From NCBI GenBank assembly GCA_046757025.1, contig JBHHXN010000088.1:1-20998 (forward strand): DNA of 20,998 nt, written 5' to 3'. Source of the DNA: a bacterium. Its GTDB lineage: Bacteria; Zhuqueibacterota; Zhuqueibacteria; Oceanimicrobiales; Oceanimicrobiaceae. Under the pieces are notes generated by a model. That model saw only the letters and a list, made by a program, of their open reading frames with translations. It had not been told where the DNA came from and did no database searches. Each line of letters begins with the position of its first letter. Position 1 is the first letter of the stretch. The translations under genes were made by a program, and so were the position numbers. Shown piece by piece: positions 1 to 8,213 of the stretch.

Positions 1-56
1 CTACCAATAGCCAAAAGCGTAAAGCCAATCGCTGGTTTTGGGTGTAAAGAAAAGAT

Positions 57-122
57 CACGCAAGAAGGCAATGGTTATCAATATATTTGTTCTTTTCTTG
101 ACGAGCTTGGCGGCTTTGCGTG
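57..122. repeat. Degenerate palindromic intergenic repeat (CACGCAA...CTTGGCGG CTTTGCGTG type)
   Basis: cacgcaa (57-63) is the reverse complement of ttgcgtg (116-122); the right arm is built of tandem units cttgacgag/cttggcgg/ctttgcgtg (97-122). Confidence 0.45.
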
Positions 123-211
123 GAGAATAGAATTTGTTTGTAGCTATAAGCTGCGTTAAGAATTTTTCAGGCTAACTAATTTTGAACTTAAAAAAAAGAA
201 AATTCAAAACC

Positions 212-1540
212 ATGGCTGCAACCGAAAATTTTATGGGGATTCACCCACAAGAATTCGTTGATTATCTCAAAAAGCAAAAAATCAGGCGTTTCTATTTTGT
301 CTTCCATTCAGGCTCCAATAAAGTCGTCCCATCGCATCCTGAGCTGCAAGCCATTGCAGAATTCATCGAGACAGACCAGCGCGACTTTATGCGGCACGAA
401 GGACTTTTTTTCCAGATAAGCCAGCACCACGACACCCTGCAAGGAGCGTTTGTGCATCGCACGGTTCGCGGTCAAGGAGCAGGCGGCGTGCGCTTTTGGC
501 AGTATAACACGCTGGAAGATTACCTGCGGGACGGTCTGCGGTTGTCCAAAGGCATGACCCGAAAAAACGCTCTGGCCGGACTCTGGTGGGGCGGCGGTAA
601 AGGCGTCATGGCGCAAAATCCAGACGCGGACAACCGTGACCCTGAAGTGCGGGCCGCTATTTACCGCGATTACGGCGCCCTGGTTACCTCCATTCGCGGA
701 TGCTACGTCACCGCCGAAGACGTCGGCACGAACGTCTCTGACATGCAGCAGGTGTTTTCGCGCACCCGTTTTACTACCTGTATCCCTCCCGAATCCGGCG
801 GCAGCGGCAATCCCTCCATTCCCACCGCCAGAGGCGTGCTTTGCGGCATGGAAGCGGCACTTAAATTTATAGGTGAAGATTCTTTGAGGGACAAAATCGT
901 GGCGGTTCAGGGCATGGGCAATGTCGGCGGTCCGCTCATTCAGTACCTAACTGAAAAGAAAGTCAAAAAAATCATAGCTTGCGATATCGATGCGAACCTG
1001 GTTGAGAATTGGCAGAAAAAACTAAATCACTCCATCCTGGATGCACGGGTGGTGGCGCGCAGCGACCACTCCATTCTGCACGAGGCCTGCGACATACTGG
1101 CGCCTTGCGCCACGGGCGCCATTTTGAACCCTGAAGTCATCCCACAATTGAAAGCCAAAATAATTTGCGGCGCCGCCAACAATCAGTTGGAAGATGCCGA
1201 ACGCGATGATCGTTTGTTGTTTGAACTGGGCATCTGGTACGTGCCGGACTTTTTAACCAACCGCATGGGCATCGTCAATTGCGCCAACGAACAATATGGC
1301 TATGTAAAAAACGATCCGCATATCGAAAAGCACCTATCGCAGGAATGGCAGCATTCCATTTACCAGACTACCCTGAAAGTGTTTCGGGCTAGCCGGGCCA
1401 GCGGTGAGCCGCCGGCCAGGGTCGCCATGCGCCTGGCCGATGAAATGTCGCTCCAGCCCCATCCCATCTTTCGCCACCGCGGCCAGCAAATCATCGATTC
1501 GTTGGTGACAGAGGGCTGGCATGAACAGGAATCGTTTTGA
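212..1540 (+). CDS. Glu/Leu/Phe/Val dehydrogenase family protein (leucine dehydrogenase-like)
   Basis: Motifs GGVR, catalytic-Lys region GMTRK...GGGKG, TAEDVGT, GSGNPS..TARGV, Rossmann VQGMGNVG, APCA.G, CGAANNQL and PDFLTN. ATG at 212 is preferred over TTG at 182. Confidence 0.92.
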   Translation: MAATENFMGIHPQEFVDYLKKQKIRRFYFVFHSGSNKVVPSHPELQAIAEFIETDQRDFMRHEGLFFQISQHHDTLQGAFVHRTVRGQGAGGVRFWQYNTLEDYLRDGLRLSKGMTRKNALAGLWWGGGKGVMAQNPDADNRDPEVRAAIYRDYGALVTSIRGCYVTAEDVGTNVSDMQQVFSRTRFTTCIPPESGGSGNPSIPTARGVLCGMEAALKFIGEDSLRDKIVAVQGMGNVGGPLIQYLTEKKVKKIIACDIDANLVENWQKKLNHSILDARVVARSDHSILHEACDILAPCATGAILNPEVIPQLKAKIICGAANNQLEDAERDDRLLFELGIWYVPDFLTNRMGIVNCANEQYGYVKNDPHIEKHLSQEWQHSIYQTTLKVFRASRASGEPPARVAMRLADEMSLQPHPIFRHRGQQIIDSLVTEGWHEQESF

Positions 1541-1969
1541 CGTATTTTAGAAACAATGGTATCCGATCGGCTGATGCGCTTCAAAATCAGCCATTTTGAT
1601 CAAGGTCATTTCATCTAACGAAACGGTCAATAAAGTGATCCCCAAAAATTTCTTCAGTTTGAAGTTGAAACTTACTTTTTCGACAGTCTCAAAAAAGTTC
1701 TCTAACTACCATGGGATGTCGAGTCACGGTTTTCCCACGGGGTTCATGCACACACCCATTCGGCACGTATTGACACTTAAATCCATCCTTTCCCGGCCAA
1801 GGTTATGAAACCCCAACGCCATAAATGTGAATATTCACCTTTTTCAAGTTTAACAAAGTCAAAAGCGTGTTTCACAAAGTTAACTGATTTCAAAGTTGGC
1901 AATTTCAACATTTTTCATATCTATTAAAATCAGAAAAAATATGCACAACTAAACAAAGGAAGGATCAAA

Positions 1970-2428
1970 ATGGATACCATTAAAGAGTGGTTGAAACCCG
2001 AATTCATCTGGATTGCAGTCGGACTGATTTTCCTACTGCTGGAATTTGCCCATCCAGGTATCATCGTGATCTTCTTTGGAATTGGAGCGTGGCTGGTTGC
2101 CATAACATGCTTTTTTGTGGACATTTCTTTAAACATGCAATTGCTCATTTTTTTGTTTTCGTCTGTGATTGCCTTGATCGCCCTGCGGGGTAAGTTTAAA
2201 AATCTTTTTCAACAACACGGTTATTTGGAAGCGGGTGAAACAGAAATCATCAACGAGTTTGTTGGTCAAAAAGCGGTGGTGGTGCAGGAAATCACCCCGA
2301 AATCAAAAGGCCGGGTTGAATTTCACGGCAGTCACTGGGATGCCGAAGCCGATGAAGCCATCCCCGCAGGAACGACTGTGGAAATCGTGGATAAAGACAA
2401 CATCACGTTTATTGTTAAACCTTTATAA
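1970..2428 (+). CDS. nfeD: NfeD family membrane protein (short NfeD/YbbJ type)
   Basis: Hydrophobic N-terminal half (W..VGLIFLLLE..PG...FFG.GA) and OB-fold C-terminus (VGQKAVVV...GRVEFHGSHWDAEA...G..VEIV). RBS-like aggaagga upstream; directly precedes an SPFH gene. Confidence 0.92.
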   Translation: MDTIKEWLKPEFIWIAVGLIFLLLEFAHPGIIVIFFGIGAWLVAITCFFVDISLNMQLLIFLFSSVIALIALRGKFKNLFQQHGYLEAGETEIINEFVGQKAVVVQEITPKSKGRVEFHGSHWDAEADEAIPAGTTVEIVDKDNITFIVKPL

Positions 2429-2440
2429 AGGAGGATTATC

Positions 2441-3373
2441 ATGGAAGCAGGGACCATTTTTTTACTAGCCGTCATCATCGTTGCGCTGATCACCTTTTTC
2501 AAAACCATCCGAATCGTGCCGCAAAAATCCGCATTCATCGTCGAGCGATTGGGTAAATACAGCGGCACCCTGGAAGCCGGATTGCACATTATGGTGCCAT
2601 TTCTAGATCAGATTTCCTACAAACATACTTTAAAAGAGCAGGCCATCGACGTGCCGCCGCAGACCTGTATTACAAAAGACAATATTTCAGTAGAAGTTGA
2701 CGGTATTTTATATCTGCAGGTCATCGATCCCCGCAAATCTTCCTATGGCATCAATAATTATCAGTTCGCTTCCACGCAGCTTGCACAAACTACCATGAGA
2801 AGTGTGATCGGTAAGCTCGAGCTGGACAGGACTTTTGAGGAGCGCGAAACCATCAACTCTGCCATCGTGCAAGCGGTGGATAAAGCTTCTGACCCGTGGG
2901 GTGTGAAGGTGACGCGCTACGAAGTAAAAAACATTGTTCCACCGCAGAGCATCAAAGACGCCATGGAAAAGCAAATGCGGGCTGTGCGGGAAAAAAGAGC
3001 TCTCATTGCGGAATCTGAAGGTGACAAACAAGCCAAAATCAATCGTGCGGAAGGCGACCGGCAGGAATTGATCGCGCGTTCCGAAGGAGAGAAACAAAAA
3101 CGCATCAACGAGGCCGAAGGCCGGGCAGCGGAAATCGAGAAAGTAGCCGAAGCCACAGCCAAAGGTATTCGAGAGATTGCCGCGGCCATCAACGAGGAAG
3201 GCGGTATCAACGCAGTGAATCTTCGAGTTGCTGAACGCTATATTACGGAATTTGGCAACCTCGCTAAAACCAATAATTCGATTATCATTCCCTCGAATCT
3301 ATCTGACGTCGCCGGCATCATCGCTTCGGCCATGACCGTGATCAAAGAGCAAAACCATACACAAAGCGCCTGA
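2441..3373 (+). CDS. SPFH/Band 7 stomatin-like protein (QmcA/paraslipin type)
   Basis: N-terminal TM helix, IVPQ...IVERLGKY, ITKDN..V.VDG, LAQTTMRSVIGKLELD.TFEER, WGVKVTRYEVKNI.PP and AEG-rich coiled coil. GGAGG RBS at 2429-2433. Confidence 0.95.
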   Translation: MEAGTIFLLAVIIVALITFFKTIRIVPQKSAFIVERLGKYSGTLEAGLHIMVPFLDQISYKHTLKEQAIDVPPQTCITKDNISVEVDGILYLQVIDPRKSSYGINNYQFASTQLAQTTMRSVIGKLELDRTFEERETINSAIVQAVDKASDPWGVKVTRYEVKNIVPPQSIKDAMEKQMRAVREKRALIAESEGDKQAKINRAEGDRQELIARSEGEKQKRINEAEGRAAEIEKVAEATAKGIREIAAAINEEGGINAVNLRVAERYITEFGNLAKTNNSIIIPSNLSDVAGIIASAMTVIKEQNHTQSA

Positions 3374-3385
3374 TTGCTTGCCATT

Positions 3386-4150
3386 ATGAAGTCTGGTTTA
3401 ATCCGATGGATTCTCCGTTATTGCGCCCGGAAACTGATTTTACCGGGCGTCATTTTTTTAACAGCAGCCGTCATTTTAATCAGCAACTTTTCCTGTGTTT
3501 TACGTGCAATTGCAAAACGCATCGCCTACACTTATCCCGGCTGTATCTTTGATATCGAAACCAGCCAACCGCTACTGGCGCTCACCATCGATGACGGTCC
3601 AGATGCCGCCACCACGCCGCAAATCCTCACGGTACTCAAGCGCTTTCAGGCGCGGGCCACTTTTTTCGTGCTCACCGAGCAGGTCGTGCAAAATAAAAAC
3701 CTGGTCCGGCAAATGATCCAGGCAGGTCATGAGATCGGCAACCATTTAACGCAAGATGAAACCAGCATCGGGCTGCCTTTAGAAGAATTTCAACAAAAAT
3801 TTTTTGCTGCAGATTCGGTGTTGGGAGAGTTTGCCGCTATCCGCTGGTTTCGACCCGGAGGCGGCTTGTACAACGCCTCCATGCTGGATATTGTGGAAGC
3901 CCGCCAGTATCAGTGCGTACTCGGCACCCTTTACCCTCTCGACACCGGCATTCCCTGGGCGTGGTTTACAAAACAGTACATTCTGCAAAACGTGTATCCG
4001 GGTGCCATCATCATCCTGCACGACCGGGGGGCGCGCGGTCAACGCACAGCTCGTGTTCTGGAAGACATTCTTCCCCGGCTGCAACAGCGGGGGTACCGCG
4101 TGGTCACGCTTTCCGATTTGTTGTTGATGGAGAAAATAGTTACGGATTAA
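3386..4150 (+). CDS. Polysaccharide deacetylase (CE4/NodB-like), N-terminally membrane anchored
   Basis: CE4 motifs LTIDDGP, ATFF, GHEIGNH, WFRPGGG, GAIIILHD and GYRVVTLS; hydrophobic N-terminal segment. The start could instead be TTG at 3374. Confidence 0.9.
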   Translation: MKSGLIRWILRYCARKLILPGVIFLTAAVILISNFSCVLRAIAKRIAYTYPGCIFDIETSQPLLALTIDDGPDAATTPQILTVLKRFQARATFFVLTEQVVQNKNLVRQMIQAGHEIGNHLTQDETSIGLPLEEFQQKFFAADSVLGEFAAIRWFRPGGGLYNASMLDIVEARQYQCVLGTLYPLDTGIPWAWFTKQYILQNVYPGAIIILHDRGARGQRTARVLEDILPRLQQRGYRVVTLSDLLLMEKIVTD

Positions 4151-4313
4151 AATGATGGTTGAATTTGAGAAAAAAGAAAGTTACATTTCTTTTTGAAAGA
4201 ACGAAAGAAAACGATAATTTTTTACTATTCGGAAAATGCATTCTTTGAATTTCTGATAAGGTAATGTTTTTAAGATGTTTACCTAAATTGATCGATTTAC
4301 CGCTGAAGAGCCT

Positions 4314-4487
4314 TAGTAGACCGGTTCTTAATTATTATTGCACTCCCGATTTTCGGGAAAGCAATCTCCTAACTTTCTGAAAATAAAGAGATTGCTTCGT
4401 CGTCCCGATATTCATTATTGTAACATTTAATGAAAAATCGGGACTCCTCGCAATGACCGCAATGGTAATGAAGGCATCGCTTTACTA
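4314..4487. repeat. Nested palindromic repeat element (GAGATTGCTTCG...CCTCGCAATGAC class) inside imperfect terminal inverted repeats
   Basis: Perfect IR aagcaatctc (4359-4368)/gagattgctt (4388-4397); hairpins tcccga-ttt-tcggga (4344-4358) and gtcccgat...atcgggac (4402-4444); tcctcgcaatgac at 4445-4457; outer ends tagtagaccggt/atcgctttacta match 9/12. Confidence 0.65.
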
Positions 4488-4520
4488 GAAACGGGTTTCG
4501 TGTTCAGAATTAAGGGTGTT

Positions 4521-4671
4521 CACGCTTCACAGACTGTGTGAAAACATGGTAAAACAAACCACTGGTTTGTGAAAACAGATCTACGATTTAAGCTAAGTTC
4601 TTGTTTTCTTTGCAATCTATTCTCGCAAGCAAGATGCTTGCGTTACGTTTTCATACAGGCTCTTCAGCGTG
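4521..4671. mobile_element. Putative MITE (non-autonomous element, 151 bp)
   Basis: Terminal inverted repeats cacgcttcacagactgtgtgaaaac (4521-4545) and gttttcatacaggctcttcagcgtg (4647-4671) match 20/25. No coding capacity; internal hairpin cgcaagca-aga-tgcttgcg (4624-4642). Confidence 0.55.
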
Positions 4672-4773
4672 TTTTTTCCTCACCCCAGTGCACCGTCTTG
4701 CCTCGGTCATAAATCGCTCAATTTAGGGTTTAATTAACTAAATCAGAACCATTAAAATTAAGAAAGAACAACC

Positions 4774-5244
4774 ATGGCAGCAAGTATTAAGTTAATCGAT
4801 ATCATCGACGGATTGCACATGCAGGGGGAAGAAAACACTCTTTTTCTCCATAAAAAAACCGGCGACATAATAAACATCACCGAAGAAGATTTTTTGCTCA
4901 GTGAAAGAGATGAACCTCTTAGTGACCTACCTGAATGGCAGCAGGAACAAGTAAAAATCGCCCGCGCGCTGGATGAAACGGACGACTATATTGAGCTTCC
5001 CAATCGTTCTAAAATCAACGACTACGAAATTATGGAGAAGTTCTGTTTGTCCATTACCGACGACACCATGAGAGAAAAACTGTACTATGCCATCAAAGGG
5101 ACAGGTGCATTCAGGAGGTTCAAACAGAAAATACAGGAATTCGGAGTAGTAGATGACTGGCACGAGTTTCGGGAGCAAGCCTACCGTGAAATCGCCATTG
5201 CCTGGTGTAACGATCACCAGATTCCCTTTACCGAATCTGAATGA
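4774..5244 (+). CDS. UPF0158 family protein
   Basis: Acidic 156-aa protein with the pattern FL.KKTG.I, YIELP....DYEIMEKF, L..AIKG.GAFRRFK and W.EFR......A..WC. Confidence 0.88.
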   Translation: MAASIKLIDIIDGLHMQGEENTLFLHKKTGDIINITEEDFLLSERDEPLSDLPEWQQEQVKIARALDETDDYIELPNRSKINDYEIMEKFCLSITDDTMREKLYYAIKGTGAFRRFKQKIQEFGVVDDWHEFREQAYREIAIAWCNDHQIPFTESE

Positions 5245-6158
5245 AATCGTCTGCCACTATGGATTCGGACGACGTCATCGCTGTCGAGGATTTAACCAAA
5301 TACTACGGTCAAATAGTCGGCATTCATCAGCTGAGCTTCACGGTCAAGCATGGAGAAATCTTCGGTTTTTTGGGGCCGAACGGCGCCGGCAAAACCACCA
5401 CCATTCGTCTTTTACTGGACTTGCTGCGCCCCACCAGCGGGAGGGCACATCTGTTTGGGCAGGATATCCGCAGGCATTCTATGGCGATTCGCCAAAAATG
5501 CGGTTATTTGCCCGGCACTTTTTCTGTTTACGGGCACCTGAGTGGCAACGAATTTTTACGACTATTAGCGAATCTCAGAAACAGCGCTGCCCCGATGCTG
5601 GCGCTGCTGTTCGATCGTTTTCAACTCTCAAAATCTGATCTTAATCACAAGATAAAGCATTTATCGCACGGCACCCGTCAGAAACTGGGCATCGTACAGG
5701 CTTTTATGCACCAGCCGCCTTTACTCATTTTAGATGAACCCACCATCGGGCTGGATCCTTTAATGCAGGAAGCGTTTTATGAGTTGGTGCAATCGTCGCA
5801 AAAGCAGGGGCAAACGATTTTTTTCTCTTCTCACAATTTGCCGGAAGTGGAGAAAATTTGTCAGCGGGTGGCCATCATCCGCCGCGGCGAATTGGTGGCG
5901 CTTGAAACCCTGGCAAGTTTGAGAAAAAAAAGGGTGCGGCGGCTTAAATTTAAATTGCGTGAAGCCGTGGCCGACCTGCGCTTGCCGGCGGCGCAATTGC
6001 TCAAAAATCATGATTTGGATTACGAATTCCTGGTGCAAGGTCCGTTCGAAGATTTGCTCAAAAAGTTGGCCACCCTACCCATTGAAGATCTAACTTTTCC
6101 AGAGCCGGACCTTGAAGAAATTTTCATGACGTTTTACCGGAGCGACGAAAGTGAATAG
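5241..6158 (+). CDS. ABC transporter ATP-binding protein (ABC-2/multidrug exporter type)
   Basis: Walker A GPNGAGKTT, signature LSHGT, Walker B LLILDEPT, H-loop SSH and C-terminal EPDLEEIF; ATGA overlap with the upstream gene. Confidence 0.95.
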   Translation: MKSSATMDSDDVIAVEDLTKYYGQIVGIHQLSFTVKHGEIFGFLGPNGAGKTTTIRLLLDLLRPTSGRAHLFGQDIRRHSMAIRQKCGYLPGTFSVYGHLSGNEFLRLLANLRNSAAPMLALLFDRFQLSKSDLNHKIKHLSHGTRQKLGIVQAFMHQPPLLILDEPTIGLDPLMQEAFYELVQSSQKQGQTIFFSSHNLPEVEKICQRVAIIRRGELVALETLASLRKKRVRRLKFKLREAVADLRLPAAQLLKNHDLDYEFLVQGPFEDLLKKLATLPIEDLTFPEPDLEEIFMTFYRSDESE

Positions 6159-6963
6159 GCTGGCTTATCCCCTGTTTATTCTGAAAAATCACCGCGGCTT
6201 TCTCTTGTTCGGCGCCCTGGTAATCGGCGCATTGCAGGCGGTGATCATTGCCTTGATTTCTACCGTCGATACTGCCTCCATCATCACTTTATTATTTGAG
6301 CAGTTACCGCAGCGTTTTCAGGAGTTTATCAACGAATCGTTTTTAGTCAGCTTTTCGGTTAAAGGGGCGGCGGCTTTTGGCCTTAACCATCCATTTGTGC
6401 TGGCTTTGTTGGCTATCAGCGCCATTCACATTCCCAATCGCCACATCGCCGGCGAAATCGAAAGCGGCACCCTGGAACTCATGCTGGCCCAACCCTTTGA
6501 GCGCACTCGGCTACTTCTGTGGCTCTGGTTTTCCGGCGGCGTTTTGCTGCTGGGAATCATAAGCGGCGGCCTGCTGGGATCCCTCTCTGCACTTGCCGCC
6601 ACCGACAACCTCTCGGGCGCTTTGCTCATAAAAATGCTGCAAATCGCCGCCAACCTCTGGATGCTTTTCGTTTTCATCATGAGCTACACCTTGCTGATGG
6701 CCACCTTCAGCGGCGAAGGCAGTAAAATCGGCATGCAAAGCGCCGGAGTGACGTTTTTGTTTTTCTTCCTTTACCTGTTCAGCACCCTTTGGGACGGACT
6801 CAAGTTTACGCAACCGTTCAATTTTTTCAGCTACTACCAACCACAGAAGTTGATGTTTGGACAGCAAAGCTTCGGAATGAATGTTTGCGTACTCTCAGGC
6901 TTAATTGCTATTAGCCTGTTCATCAGTGTGCGGCAATTTAATCGGCGGGATATTCCGGGATAA
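6151..6963 (+). CDS. ABC-2 type transporter permease
   Basis: About 6 hydrophobic helices, coupling motif IAGEIESGTLELMLAQPFER, PFNFFSYY and C-terminal FNRRDI. GTG start overlaps the ATPase stop. Confidence 0.9.
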   Translation: MNRLAYPLFILKNHRGFLLFGALVIGALQAVIIALISTVDTASIITLLFEQLPQRFQEFINESFLVSFSVKGAAAFGLNHPFVLALLAISAIHIPNRHIAGEIESGTLELMLAQPFERTRLLLWLWFSGGVLLLGIISGGLLGSLSALAATDNLSGALLIKMLQIAANLWMLFVFIMSYTLLMATFSGEGSKIGMQSAGVTFLFFFLYLFSTLWDGLKFTQPFNFFSYYQPQKLMFGQQSFGMNVCVLSGLIAISLFISVRQFNRRDIPG

Positions 6964-7271
6964 AAAATAAAATACACAGGCTGCGAATTCGGCGCGCTCA
7001 ATGAGCCGAAAAATGCCTCTTTGGCCACGATCATTGATAATAACAAATCCTTCTTGGTTCAGGACAATTCGACTCGAAACTCGCCTCGAACAGTGTCAAA
7101 GGTGTTATCACCATGACATTCGAAGTGCGCATTTTTTTGCTGATGCAGCCATACTGTCTAACCCAGTCGAAAAGCTCGCACAGCTCAATTCCCCCGCAAC
7201 TATTTGCCAAATAAAATTGCATTCTAATAAAACCTTGCCAATTTCAATTTTGCGAAAATCTCAGAAAAAAC

Positions 7272-7299
7272 TTGACATTCGCAGAATTTTTTGTATTTT
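7272..7299 (+). promoter_or_regulatory. Putative sigma70-type promoter
   Basis: Perfect TTGACA (7272-7277), 16-bp spacer, TATTTT (7294-7299), in an AT-rich intergenic region upstream of the LprI gene. Confidence 0.4.
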
Positions 7300-7773
7300 T
7301 ATCAAGGGTGACGTTTTTTAGAGACACATTATTTGACTTTGTTCTCAAAATAAAACGGCTTTTCTTAGTCGTCAAATCTTTTATTTTAAATAGCTGGGGA
7401 GTGGCGAGACTCCTGTTCTTGATTGTGAGAATGGCCATGAGGATATCAATCCCGATGGTTCATTTAAATATAAATTCAAATCTACAAATTGCTTCATCTT
7501 AAATTGATTACCTCAAATTATCGAACTCCATCATTTGGCAGGCACCAACCGATGCCTTTTTCTCAAGTCCTGTAATTTGTAGTCTCCATCACAGAACAGA
7601 ATTTTGAAGCGGTGATTTTTCAAAGTGATGACCGGGTGACGTTTTGTGCCCCATGACAAACTTCCGTTGTTTTAATTTCATTCCCCTCACTTAGACCATT
7701 TAGTGCGATTGCGAAGATCGGTAAAAATAGCTGGTCCAACCATGCAATCGAATCCACTGAAAGAAAGGTTAAA

Positions 7774-8169
7774 ATGACTAATAGAAATTTATTTGTCATA
7801 TTTATTTTTTTGGCAACGGCCCTTGAAGTGGGCTTTGCCCAGGAACCCCCGTCATCGGATCCCTGTGCAGAAGCCACAACTACCCTGGAGATGCAGGAAT
7901 GTCTGCAAGTGCGTTACGAAAAGGCCGATGCCGACCTGAATCTAGTTTACAAACTGCTCAAGTCAAAATTGAGTGAACGTCGCCAAATAAAACTGCAAGC
8001 AGTTCAGCGCGCATGGATCTTTTTCCGGGATAAAAGCGCGGAGTTTGAAGCCAGCGAGGAAGAAGACGGCAGCATGTATCCCCTGATTTATCAACTGACG
8101 CTGGCAGAAATGACGGAAAAGAGAGTTGAAAAACTCAAGCAACTCATCCAACGAATTGACAAACCATAA
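7774..8169 (+). CDS. Secreted lysozyme inhibitor LprI family protein (DUF1311)
   Basis: Sec signal peptide (MTNRNLFVIFIFLATALEVGFA/QE) and the pattern C.EA.TT.EM.EC....Y.KADADLN.VY..L ... LQAVQRAWI.FRD..AEF ... GSM...... MT..R...L. Confidence 0.88.
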   Translation: MTNRNLFVIFIFLATALEVGFAQEPPSSDPCAEATTTLEMQECLQVRYEKADADLNLVYKLLKSKLSERRQIKLQAVQRAWIFFRDKSAEFEASEEEDGSMYPLIYQLTLAEMTEKRVEKLKQLIQRIDKP

Positions 8170-8213
8170 GTAATTAATTCAGGACAAAAATCAAAATACA
8201 TGGAGGAATGATT

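Noticed and set aside
1596..1808. 70-aa ORF
   Set aside because: TTG start, no RBS, no recognisable motif; it overlaps IS-end-like and palindromic sequence.
4171..4194. Terminator after the deacetylase (aaaaagaaa/tttcttttt)
   Set aside because: The stem is almost all A-T and low-complexity, too weak to call.
4301..4671. CRISPR array
   Set aside because: The repeats are inverted and nested, not regularly spaced direct repeats with unique spacers; no cas genes are visible.
7001..7502. Short ORFs 7001-7321, 7031-7222, 7244-7438 and 7272-7502
   Set aside because: Mutually overlapping, without RBS or recognisable motifs; one starts within the TTGACA box.
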